Positions 36,101-43,826 of a stretch of DNA of 64,000 bases are shown here, piece by piece. The notes below the pieces were generated by a model. It ran no database searches and was not told the DNA's origin. It saw only the letters and a program-made list of their open reading frames with translations. Position 1 is the stretch's first letter; the number at the start of each line of letters is the position of its first letter. This DNA comes from a bacterium. GTDB taxonomy: Bacteria; Arandabacterota; Arandabacteria; Arandabacterales; Arandabacteraceae. The stretch is taken from assembly GCA_025774845.1 (NCBI GenBank), contig JALGZP010000001.1, positions 25,519 to 89,518 on the forward strand. The letters are read 5' to 3'. The translations under genes were made by a program, and so were the position numbers.

Positions 36101-38290
36101 ATTCCGCTTGCCGATCTTGCCCTGACTGCAGATGACATATCGCTTGAGCCAGGTGAGCCGAAGGTAGGGGAGTTGACTCTCGTTCAGGTGAAGGTGGTAA
36201 ATGGGGGCCATGCCGTAGCTGAGGATTTCGTGGTCAGCGCCTACGACGGAATGGTGGCGGAATCTCATCTGATCGGATCGACCGTGGTGGCCGATCTGGC
36301 AGCGAAGTCTGACACCGTGATCGCTTTCGCATGGGAGATCCCGGGGGGTAAGGCGACACGTCTGGTCTACGCAACGCTTGATCCTGGGAATGTTGTGCTG
36401 GAGCGGTTCGAGCTCAATAACCAGGCGGACCAGCGGTTCTACCTGTCACTTGCCGATCTCGAAGTGACCATGGGCGATATACGGCCGTTCCCGGTGGTCA
36501 TTGGTGAGTCCCTGACTGTGGACGCTTACGTGGAGAACGTCGGTTCTGATGTTGCGAGGGACTTCGAGCTGGTGTTCTATGACAGCATCAGAATAGACTC
36601 CCGGCGCTTTGCAGGCTTTCAGGTGGACTCTCTTGGCCCGGGTGAAAGAATGGATTTCAGCGCCCGCCACAGTATCGATTCATTCAGGGGTGACTTCGTG
36701 CGACTCTGGGCCGCTGTCGATCCTGCCCAGAGGGTGCTGGAGTACCATACGAGCAACAACAACTCATCCGAAGACATCAACTCCGGAATCGGGGGCAGGC
36801 TGCTGATCACGCCGTATGAGATAGATGTCGCGGTCCTGAAGTCTTCGAGGACATGTATTGTGTTCGAGTCTCAGGCCTGTCAGTGTCTCGTTGCCTTGGG
36901 GACGGTTCATCCTTACAACGTGATGTTTGAGACCATTGGATCGGACATAGACGTATCGCGGAACACCATAGTCTTCAGCTCGGGGGGTGATATTGCCGGA
37001 TTCGATCTCAGGGACAGCCTCCTGTTCGTGATCAGTTCGTCTGAAGAATACGAAACACAGCCCGCGGTCTGGGGTGAGAACGTGGCGTGGATATCGGAAA
37101 GTCCTGAATCCACAAGTCTGAGGCTGAGGAAAGCCTCCGGCAACGTGGAGACCGTACGCAGCATAACGTCGGGCAGCATATGGAACCCTGATCTTTCAAA
37201 CGCTTTGATCGTCTGGGAAGAACACAATGGGGAAGGATCTGACATTCTGGGTTACGATCTTGAAGCCGACACCGTCGTGGTACTTTGTGATGACGATGGT
37301 GATCAGGTGAATCCTGCAGTGTGGGGTAACATGCTGGTCTGGGAGGATCAATCCGGCGACGGGGGTGATATCCGGGCACTCGATTTCGGATCGGCGTCGA
37401 GGCTGGATGTGGCTGCCGGAGATGGCTTGCAGCGACACCCGGTTGTGTACGGTGACATGGTGGTCTGGCAGGACTCCAGGAACGGCAACTGGGATATATA
37501 CGGTTACAGTTTCTTCAGCGGCAGCGAGTTTCCCATATCACGCCAGGTGGATGACCAGATACTTCCGTCCTTGAGTGACAGCACAGTGTTGTGGGTTGAC
37601 CGGCGGAACCCGACCGAGATCGTACTGGGTCTCAGATTCGGAGATGACCGCAGGGTCGCAAGCGTGAGGGAATTCGAGGCTCTCTCGCAGGATGGCATGA
37701 TCAAGGTTCGCTCAAATGTTGAACAGTGGGATGACGGCCTCATGTTCAACATCTATCGTTACCCGGATGATCGTCCGATGTCTGAGGACAGGTACACTCA
37801 CCTGCGTTACCAGTTCGAACTCGGCACCGACTCGGTCCATGTCTATGCCGACACGCTGGTCGCTGCCAGGAGATCATTTTACTATACCCTCGGTATAGTA
37901 GACGGTTACGGAGTGGAGACCTATTATGGACCTGTCGAGGGTAGGGCTCACGACCCGACTCCGTCCGACTTTGCAATCGGGGCTCCTCACCCGAATCCTT
38001 TCAGACACAATGTTACCGTAACTTTCGGCTTACCCAGGATGCTCAAGCGTTCCGGCGACTCATCATGGCCCGATCCCACCGAGGAGACAAGCAACGTTGA
38101 AATGGCGGTGTATTCCGCGGACGGTCGTCTTGTCAGGACAATCCAGGGGGGCCATCTTACTCCGGGTTACTACAGGCTCTCATGGGATGGCAGGAATGAA
38201 AGCGGCCGGCCCGTCAGTTCCGGAGTTTACTTCATCGCGGCCTCTGCCGGTGACGTTGTCTCCTCCCGTAAGGTCATCCTGGCCAAGTAG
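33170..38290 (+). CDS. Giant (1706 aa) multidomain surface protein: M6 (InhA-like) metalloprotease domain, FG-GAP/VCBS repeats, CARDB domains, beta-propeller, T9SS-type CTD
   Basis: Signal peptide. HELGHLLGLPDLYD zinc motif of the M6 family. Repeated DxDGDG...VVGS...G.VYAW FG-GAP repeats. CARDB-like segments (LVQVKVVNGGHAVAEDFVV). C-terminal CTD (MAVYSADGRLVRTIQ...GVYFIAASAGDVVSSRKVILAK). Confidence 0.75.
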   Translation: MKRRPAIGLLVLLAILFAGRPVNSVPLRPDMLERLHSEGQVDRVRQMLELERAEEPIDRNVMTAGSLRALVLMIDFDDMPADTILHSKQHFHDMLFSLDNELSMRNYYLWSSYGSLDITGEIYGWFRVKEPLSYYANSNAGMDVYPRNAQKMIEDAIDSADAWVDFSQYDNDGPDGLPNSGDDDGYVDFLMVVHAGQGYEQTMNPGHIHSHVSTIRARPVDGIHARMYSTEPEDGPVGTFAHELGHLLGLPDLYDITLNTYGLGMWSLMSYGSWGEGGRRPVGFDPWSKTQLGFIEPVVIDSNYVGYELPCIEDGPHALKMWSEGEMGQQYFMVENRRMKDWDSWLSWFDEGLLVYHVDERYRDNSSDSKHLISLEQADGRFDLEQRRFWGFGSDGGDPYPGETGNRTFSWWTTPDNQSNEGSPTQVSLRNISDPGDVMTFDVEVWSPVILFEDHQIDDESGDDDGELDPGEDINLGLRFRNRGIACEDITVTLRTDDPHISPGEAVVSLELIPGGSVSEFSSVSIHIDEDVPEPYDVEFEVSIEGAHAYGSYQSTDGFVLGVPVRRLQGWPVTAGGGMTASPAVADLDDDGVKDIIVGSNDGLVYAWKRDGTPVPGWPAVVGGAVQSKPAVCDIDLDFRSEVVVTSRNGTVHAFEDDGTRCPGWPRSTGGQILASAMLADIDDDGIVEIICGSTDGLVYAWNENGDLVNGWPVHLGGFEIWMSAAAADVDGDHLEEVVIGAYGGPLYVIDGNGQVLDGWPSPVGRGCGDGSPSIADFDGDGKLEIAISGLFSNSIYLVSLEGKVRPGWPRWPFNCHELSSPVPADIDDDGLPEVAVSTSCGTIVAWNANATQCNVIEADAPDPILRCEPIFLDIDGNGSIEGLVGTSDFGDGEVYVFGSEGVLTGFPIDVGGEIAATPVVDDLDGDGNAEIVAATKTGQVYVWRFVGPKQTGRIEYSQSRSNIWNTGHYGFVPHDNIPLADLALTADDISLEPGEPKVGELTLVQVKVVNGGHAVAEDFVVSAYDGMVAESHLIGSTVVADLAAKSDTVIAFAWEIPGGKATRLVYATLDPGNVVLERFELNNQADQRFYLSLADLEVTMGDIRPFPVVIGESLTVDAYVENVGSDVARDFELVFYDSIRIDSRRFAGFQVDSLGPGERMDFSARHSIDSFRGDFVRLWAAVDPAQRVLEYHTSNNNSSEDINSGIGGRLLITPYEIDVAVLKSSRTCIVFESQACQCLVALGTVHPYNVMFETIGSDIDVSRNTIVFSSGGDIAGFDLRDSLLFVISSSEEYETQPAVWGENVAWISESPESTSLRLRKASGNVETVRSITSGSIWNPDLSNALIVWEEHNGEGSDILGYDLEADTVVVLCDDDGDQVNPAVWGNMLVWEDQSGDGGDIRALDFGSASRLDVAAGDGLQRHPVVYGDMVVWQDSRNGNWDIYGYSFFSGSEFPISRQVDDQILPSLSDSTVLWVDRRNPTEIVLGLRFGDDRRVASVREFEALSQDGMIKVRSNVEQWDDGLMFNIYRYPDDRPMSEDRYTHLRYQFELGTDSVHVYADTLVAARRSFYYTLGIVDGYGVETYYGPVEGRAHDPTPSDFAIGAPHPNPFRHNVTVTFGLPRMLKRSGDSSWPDPTEETSNVEMAVYSADGRLVRTIQGGHLTPGYYRLSWDGRNESGRPVSSGVYFIAASAGDVVSSRKVILAK

Positions 38291-38305
38291 ACCGGCCCCG
38301 GTCTC

Positions 38306-38334
38306 TTGACGAGCGCACCCCCGTCTGATAACTT
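38306..38334 (+). promoter_or_regulatory. Putative promoter TTGACG-17 nt-TAACTT immediately upstream of tadA
   Basis: -35 at 38306-11 and -10 at 38329-34. ATG at 38344, implying a very short leader. Confidence 0.3.
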
Positions 38335-38343
38335 GCTGATGAT

Positions 38344-38814
38344 ATGGACTTGGGACACGACAGCATCTGGATGACGGAAGCCATAAAAGAGGCAAGGCAG
38401 GCCTTCGAGGAAGGCGAGGTTCCAGTTGGTGCGGTCATCGTTTCAGGCGGAAAGATAATAGGCAGGGGCCACAATCGTGTCGAGAACCTCAAGGATGCGA
38501 CTGCTCATGCCGAGATAATCGCACTCGGGGCGGCCTCAACCGGCGTCGGCGACTGGAGACTTGAAGATTCGACAATGTATGTCACGCTCGAACCGTGCGT
38601 GATGTGTCTGGGGGCGATGTTCCTGTCCCGGGTCGCCAGGCTGGTGTTCGGTTCCGTGGACAGGCGAGGGGGTGCCTGTGGCGGTGCGGTCGACCTTGGA
38701 AGGTTGAAATACATGGACAGGGAGATTACGATAGATGGAGGTATACTCGAGGAAGAGTGCAAGGGGCTGCTCCTCGAGTTCTTCTCAAAGGTGAGAAAGT
38801 CGGAGGAAACATGA
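38344..38814 (+). CDS. tadA: tRNA-specific adenosine-34 deaminase
   Basis: HAEIIAL...TLEPCVMCLGAM CDA-fold zinc motifs. Length 156 aa. Confidence 0.9.
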   Translation: MDLGHDSIWMTEAIKEARQAFEEGEVPVGAVIVSGGKIIGRGHNRVENLKDATAHAEIIALGAASTGVGDWRLEDSTMYVTLEPCVMCLGAMFLSRVARLVFGSVDRRGGACGGAVDLGRLKYMDREITIDGGILEEECKGLLLEFFSKVRKSEET

Positions 38815-38819
38815 AGCGC

Positions 38820-38909
38820 GGAGAGATGCCAGAGCGGTTTAATGGGGCGGTCTCGAAAACCGTTGGGCAGGCAACTGCCCCGGGGGTTCGAATCCCTCTC
38901 TCTCCGCCA
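38820..38909 (+). tRNA. tRNA-Ser (anticodon CGA)
   Basis: Starts 5 nt after the tadA stop. Anticodon loop CTCGAAA, long variable arm, CCA encoded. Confidence 0.85.
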
Positions 38910-39025
38910 TCCCCTAACCCGGTGCCGGAGCCAGGAAATTGCACCGCCCTTGGGGCCAGGTCTTGAAATTAAGCGTCGGGTTCCCGTACCCGTCGGGTAG
39001 CACTGAATGTGCGCTTCCACAAGGT

Positions 39026-39115
39026 GGAGAGATGCGAGAGCGGCTTAATCGGCGTGACTGGAAATCACGTGGACGGGCAACCGTCCCGAGGGTTCGAATC
39101 CCTCTCTCTCCGCCA
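39026..39115 (+). tRNA. tRNA-Ser (anticodon GGA)
   Basis: Anticodon loop CTGGAAA. Same acceptor stem and T-arm as the preceding tRNA-Ser. CCA encoded. Confidence 0.85.
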
Positions 39116-39128
39116 CTAAGATTCCCCC

Positions 39129-39212
39129 ACGCAAATGCTCGGGGTCAGAGCTCGAAAATTGCGGTGCCCCTACGCAAATGCTCGGGGTCAGAGCTCGAAA
39201 ATTGCGGTGCCT
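39129..39212. repeat. Two direct tandem ~42-nt units (ACGCAAATGCTC-GGGGTCAGAGCTCGAAAATTGCG-GTGCC) of the REP-like family
   Basis: Core copies at 39141-39163 and 39184-39206. Confidence 0.85.
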
Positions 39213-39244
39213 GTGGCTGGGGCCCGGTTTGCTAAGGAGACAAG

Positions 39245-39616
39245 TTGAGATCGATAACGATCAAGATCGGTGAGACCACACTCGAGGGAGAGCTCGGTCA
39301 GTCAAAGACGGCCCGGATGATTTGGGACGCGTTGCCTTTTGCCGGAACCGGGCAGACGTGGGGAGATGAGATCTACTTCAGAGTGCCTGTTGCGGCGGAA
39401 CTCGAGAACCCAAGAGAGACTGTCGAAATCGGAGACATCGGGTACTGGCCAACAGGCCACGCGTTCTGTATATTCTATGGAAGGACCCCGGCAAGCAGCG
39501 GTGATGATATAGTACCGGCAAGCCCGGTTGATGTAATCGGCCGCGTGACGTCTGATGTTTCGGTCCTCAAGGGCATCACTGATCCGGGAAGGGTTACGGT
39601 GGAAAAGGGGATGTAG
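39245..39616 (+). CDS. Cyclophilin-like fold protein (TM1367/DUF369-like)
   Basis: 123 aa with the motif GDIGYWPTGHAFCIFYGRTP characteristic of TM1367-like cyclophilin-fold proteins. TTG start. Confidence 0.5.
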   Translation: MRSITIKIGETTLEGELGQSKTARMIWDALPFAGTGQTWGDEIYFRVPVAAELENPRETVEIGDIGYWPTGHAFCIFYGRTPASSGDDIVPASPVDVIGRVTSDVSVLKGITDPGRVTVEKGM

Positions 39617-39682
39617 CTCAGATGGGAGAGCGCTGCCTTCGCAAGGCAGAGGTCGGCGGTTCGAATCCGCTCATCTCCACCA
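39607..39682 (+). tRNA. tRNA-Ala (anticodon CGC)
   Basis: GGGGATGTAGCTCAGATGGGAGAGC..., G3:U70 identity pair, anticodon loop TTCGCAA, CCA encoded. The 5' end overlaps the last 10 nt of the preceding CDS. Confidence 0.85.
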
Positions 39683-39813
39683 TAGATGCGGCGGGCCTTC
39701 GGGCTCGCCGCTCTTGTATTTTGAGACTCCAAAAACATCTTGTAAGCACCGGCGATCGAGTGTAAACATATTGCAGGTCAATCGTGACTCCATGCCAGGA
39801 GGTTGATTCCACT

Positions 39814-40620
39814 ATGAAGCGTCTATTCGGAAGGTCGAGCATTGTATCACGCAGACTGATCCTCGGTGCGGTATGTCTTGCTTTTGTCATTGCGGCCTGC
39901 AGTTACGTCCCGCTCACGGGGCGCAAGCGGTTCATGCTTGTCGATGAAGGGACCGAACTCGAGCTTGGAATCCAGACATATAAGGAAGTGCTTGAGGAGT
40001 CGAAGCTCTCGAAAGACGGCCGGGCCGTGCGGCAAATCCGGACGATAGGCGGCCGGATAGCAGAGGTCACGGACAAAACAGACTATGAATGGGAATTCAA
40101 CCTGATAGAAGCCGACACAGTGTTCAACGCCTTCTGCCTGCCCGGCGGCAAGGTGGCAGTTTATACAGGGATCCTCGAGCTAGCCGCTTCCGATGCCGAG
40201 GTGGCGACAGTGATGGCTCACGAGATAGCTCATGCCATCGCGAGGCATGGTGGTGAGCGGATGTCCCAGATGCTCGCTCTCCAGCTTGGCAGCATAGCTC
40301 TTGAGGAAGCGATGAAGACCAAGAGTGAAAAGACAATCGAGATCGCGCGGGCGGCCTACGGCGTCGGCGCCGGTCTGCTCTATGTCCTTCCCTACAGCAG
40401 GACTCATGAGAGCGAAGCCGACTACATGGGGCTCATATACATGGCCCAGGCAGGTTACGATCCGAGAGGGGCAGTACAATTCTGGGAGAAGATGCAGAAG
40501 GAACATGCCGGTCAGGAGCCGCCTGAATTTCTCTCAACCCACCCCAACAGCGGAACACGGATCGCGGATCTCCAGCGCTGGATGCCCGAGGCCCTTGGTC
40601 ACTACGAAAAGACCCGCTAG
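39814..40620 (+). CDS. M48-family zinc metalloprotease lipoprotein (BepA/YfgC-like)
   Basis: Lipobox VIAAC, HEIAHAIARH zinc motif, then a downstream ExxxD. Confidence 0.8.
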   Translation: MKRLFGRSSIVSRRLILGAVCLAFVIAACSYVPLTGRKRFMLVDEGTELELGIQTYKEVLEESKLSKDGRAVRQIRTIGGRIAEVTDKTDYEWEFNLIEADTVFNAFCLPGGKVAVYTGILELAASDAEVATVMAHEIAHAIARHGGERMSQMLALQLGSIALEEAMKTKSEKTIEIARAAYGVGAGLLYVLPYSRTHESEADYMGLIYMAQAGYDPRGAVQFWEKMQKEHAGQEPPEFLSTHPNSGTRIADLQRWMPEALGHYEKTR

Positions 40621-40738
40621 CCGGGGCTGGCGCAGAACCCCTGCACGCAGAGCCCCTCGCGACTGCGGGGTTATTGTACTTGACCACCCCTTCTTTTGCT
40701 GGTATCGTCTTGGAGCAATAATCAGCAGTCGCAAATTT

Positions 40739-40845
40739 CGAGCTCTGACCCCCGGGAATCGAGGGATATCCCGGCGGGATCGCGCTTAAAACAGATGGGG
40801 ACAGACCCGGAGAGAAGGGCTACATTTCAAGATCTGACCCCGAGG
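40739..40845. repeat. REP-like repeat copy (CGCAAATTTCGAGCTCTGACCCCC at 40739-40762) plus a degenerate copy (ACATTTCAAGATCTGACCCC at 40822-40841) directly upstream of the SRP RNA gene
   Basis: Sequence identity to the 19467 copy. The second copy has about six mismatches. Confidence 0.7.
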
Positions 40846-40854
40846 GTTCTTTGT

Positions 40855-41126
40855 GGGTCGTGCTAGATGGGGAGGTAGCGGTGCCCTGTAACCCGCAAAC
40901 CGCTATAGCGGGATCGAACTCCCTTCTGCGGTCTTGTCTTCTTGGGAACGCGGCCGGGTAAGCGGTGTTGAAGATCAGGTCCTACGCAATGGAAACTTGT
41001 GAACCCCGTCAGGACCGGAAGGTAGCAGCGGTAAACGAGAAACTCCATGTGCCGTAGGGTCACCTGGTTGGAGCTGGCTGCCCGGGAGGCACCCGGGGAG
41101 CAGGAACAAGGAAGGGTGCACGACCT
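40855..41126 (+). ncRNA. ffs: Signal recognition particle RNA, long Bacillus-type form (with Alu domain)
   Basis: GTGCTAGATGGGGAGGTAGCGGTGCCCTGTAACC...GGTCCTACGCAATGGAAAC...GTCAGGACCGGAAGGTAGCAGC...CATGTGCCGTAGGGT matches the B. subtilis scRNA along its length. The 5' GGTCGTGC pairs with the 3' GCACGACC. Sits directly upstream of dnaX, as in Firmicutes and many other bacteria. Confidence 0.75.
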
Positions 41127-41153
41127 GTCAATCGTGTTAAGACAGAGGACGTC

Positions 41154-42860
41154 ATGACACCGGATACGAGTGGCTACATAGTCATCGCAAGGAAGTGGAG
41201 ACCCGCCACCTTTGATGAGGTGATCGGCCAGGAGCATGTGAGCAGGACTCTCAAGAACGCCATAACAAGCGGACGGGTTGCACACGCCTACCTGTTCACC
41301 GGCCCCCGTGGTGTCGGCAAGACGACGGTTGCAAGAGTGCTGGCAAAATCGCTCAACTGTGTTGACGGCCCCACCACCAATCCCTGCGGCAAGTGTCCTG
41401 CCTGTGTGGAGATTGCCCAGGGGACCAGCATGGACGTGATGGAAATCGACGGCGCTTCAAACAGGGGTATAGATGAGATAAGAAACCTGAGAGAAAGCGT
41501 ACGGTATGCATCGGTCGGGGGGAAGAAGAAGGTCTACATAATAGACGAAGTTCACATGCTGACCCAGGAGGCCTTCAACGCACTTCTTAAGACGCTTGAG
41601 GAGCCGCCGTCCCATGTCGTGTTTGTATTCGCGACCACGCAACCGCTGAAGGTCCCCCGGACGATCGTTTCGAGATGCCAGCGTTTCGATTTCAGACGGA
41701 TACCTGCCGACCAGATCTCGGCGAGGCTCAAGCAAATCTGTGAGACCGAGGGGTTCACGTGTGAGCCCAATGCACTTGCGATGATCTCCCAGCGGTCCGA
41801 GGGTAGCATGCGTGACGCCCAGAGCATGCTCGAGCAGGTACTCGCCTTCAGCGGAGGATCGGCGACCGAGGTTGACATCAGACCGATCATGGGTTTGAGG
41901 GGAAGCGAAACCGTATCGTCTATCGCCAAAGCGATCATGAGCGGTGATGAGGCAGGGGTCCTCAATCTCACGGGAGAAGCGTTCGACGGTGGGGTCGACC
42001 CGCTTGATCTAGTCGTGTCGCTTACCGAGTGGATCCGCTATCTCCTTATCGCGTCGATAGACGCTCAGTCGCGGGAGCTTCAGTCCCTGACCGATGAAAC
42101 AAGACAGGAGCTGGCCGGTGAGGTCGAGGGTGTGACCACCGAGCACCTGCTCAGCTTGCTGTCGATGATCGCCGATGCCGAGGACTCGGTCAAACGGGCC
42201 GGCCATCAGCGATACCTGCTTGAAGCGGTGCTGCTTAGGATGACGCATGTCAGATCGATCGCAAAGATATCCACGCTGGTCGACATGCTCAAGAAGATGG
42301 AAAGCGGAGGACCTCCGGGGGATAAGGGGATAAAAGCGGCGAAGACGCCGCCCCGCGAGGCAGCTGCGCCCAAGAAGACACCTAAGAAGAAGACCGCCGG
42401 GACCGGACAGGTCCCCCCGCCGGTCGCAGGCGTGGTCACAGGCTGGCAGGACATCGTTGAAGGTCTGCGGGAGACAAAGACCGCTCTTGCCTCCATACTC
42501 GATCTCTGTGAGCCGCCGAAGTTGTCCGAGGGGGTATACTGGCTCCACGTACCGAGCTCTTTCCATGAGAGCATGGTTCTGAAGGGCCAGAATCTCCGCA
42601 TATTGACACAGGAGTTCCAGAAGCTTACCAATACTACGGCGGTCATACGGACCAGGGTAAGAGACGGCGCCGGAGAAGCAGACGCGGACCCGGTAAGGGC
42701 AGACACGGTAAGACCCAAAGAGGAACCGACGACGGAAGATCTTGTCGCGCTCGTAAACAAGGATCCGGTAGTGAAATCTTTGATCGAGAATCTGGGCGGC
42801 AAGGTCGTGGGAATAAGACAACAGAAGAAGGACAGTTCTCAGGGAGAACCGGCCTCGTGA
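41154..42860 (+). CDS. dnaX: DNA polymerase III subunits gamma/tau
   Basis: ARKWRPATFDEVIGQEHV...FTGPRGVGKTT...zinc module CGKCPAC...SRCQRFDF. A Pro/Lys-rich linker (PPREAAAPKKTPKKK) marks the tau extension. Confidence 0.95.
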   Translation: MTPDTSGYIVIARKWRPATFDEVIGQEHVSRTLKNAITSGRVAHAYLFTGPRGVGKTTVARVLAKSLNCVDGPTTNPCGKCPACVEIAQGTSMDVMEIDGASNRGIDEIRNLRESVRYASVGGKKKVYIIDEVHMLTQEAFNALLKTLEEPPSHVVFVFATTQPLKVPRTIVSRCQRFDFRRIPADQISARLKQICETEGFTCEPNALAMISQRSEGSMRDAQSMLEQVLAFSGGSATEVDIRPIMGLRGSETVSSIAKAIMSGDEAGVLNLTGEAFDGGVDPLDLVVSLTEWIRYLLIASIDAQSRELQSLTDETRQELAGEVEGVTTEHLLSLLSMIADAEDSVKRAGHQRYLLEAVLLRMTHVRSIAKISTLVDMLKKMESGGPPGDKGIKAAKTPPREAAAPKKTPKKKTAGTGQVPPPVAGVVTGWQDIVEGLRETKTALASILDLCEPPKLSEGVYWLHVPSSFHESMVLKGQNLRILTQEFQKLTNTTAVIRTRVRDGAGEADADPVRADTVRPKEEPTTEDLVALVNKDPVVKSLIENLGGKVVGIRQQKKDSSQGEPAS

Positions 42861-42874
42861 GGAGGTGACGTCCG

Positions 42875-43192
42875 GTGAGTAAGAAGTTAGGGGATATCAT
42901 GCGGCAGGCGCAGAAGCTGCAGACCCAGATGAAGAAGATCCAAGATGAGCTTGGAGAAAAGACCGTGGAAGCCTCGGCCGGAGGAGGCATGGTCACGGTA
43001 GTGGCAAACGGAAAACAGGATATCATCAGCATCAAAATCGATCCTGAAGTCGTCAGCAAGGACGATGTGGAGATGCTTGAGGACCTGATAGTCGCTGCGG
43101 TTAACGAATCCAGAAAACGGGCCCAGGAGCTGATGATGGGCGAGATGGCGAAGGTGACGGGTGGAATGGGGTTGCCTCCTGGGATGTTCTGA
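42875..43192 (+). CDS. ybaB: YbaB/EbfC nucleoid-associated protein
   Basis: MRQAQKLQTQMKKIQDEL...GGGMVTVVANGKQDIISIKIDPEV. GTG start. Confidence 0.9.
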   Translation: MSKKLGDIMRQAQKLQTQMKKIQDELGEKTVEASAGGGMVTVVANGKQDIISIKIDPEVVSKDDVEMLEDLIVAAVNESRKRAQELMMGEMAKVTGGMGLPPGMF

Positions 43193-43203
43193 TGAGGTAA
43201 ACT

Positions 43204-43806
43204 TTGCTTGGCAGTTCCGATAGAATTGAACGACTGATTCAAGAGCTCACCAAGATGCCGACGATAGGCAGACGTACGGCGCAGCGGCTTGCGCTTTATC
43301 TGCTCAAGGCACCTCTTGAGGAGGTCACGGCGCTCGCACGGGCCATGATCGAGATGAAGAAGAGGGTCAAGTACTGCTCGGAGTGCGGTGGGATCACTGA
43401 GCAGGATCCGTGCGTGATTTGCTGCGATCCTAAACGCGACCGGTCGGTGATCTGCGTTGTCGAGGAACCCGGCAATGTGATCGGAGTGGAAAAGACAGGT
43501 GAATTCAGAGGTCTTTATCATGTTCTCCACGGCAGGCTATCGCCGCTTGACGGTGTCGGGCCCGAGGATCTGTCGGTGGACAGCCTTCTCGACCGCGTAA
43601 AGACACTTGGAATCGGTGAGATCATAATAGCGACCAATCCGAATGTCGAAGGTGAGGCGACATGCAACTATGTCGCGGGACTGGTCAAACCGCTTGGTGT
43701 CAAGGTTACGACGATAGCACGGGGCGTCCCGATGGGCAGCGACCTTGATCTTGCAGATGAGGTTACGCTTGCCAGGGCTATTGAGGGACGCGGGGAGATC
43801 AAGTAG
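43204..43806 (+). CDS. recR: Recombination protein RecR
   Basis: Helix-hairpin-helix N-terminus, C4 zinc finger CSECGGITEQDPCVIC, then a Toprim domain. TTG start. Confidence 0.9.
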   Translation: MLGSSDRIERLIQELTKMPTIGRRTAQRLALYLLKAPLEEVTALARAMIEMKKRVKYCSECGGITEQDPCVICCDPKRDRSVICVVEEPGNVIGVEKTGEFRGLYHVLHGRLSPLDGVGPEDLSVDSLLDRVKTLGIGEIIIATNPNVEGEATCNYVAGLVKPLGVKVTTIARGVPMGSDLDLADEVTLARAIEGRGEIK

Positions 43807-43826
43807 ATTCCTATGAGGAGGATGCT

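Noticed and set aside
39475-39738. 87-aa minus-strand ORF
   Set aside because: It overlaps tRNA-Ala(CGC) and the cyclophilin-like CDS on the opposite strand, so it is spurious.
40863-41285. 140-aa minus-strand ORF
   Set aside because: It lies antisense over the SRP RNA gene and the dnaX 5' end. The protein has no features, and the locus is explained by ffs.
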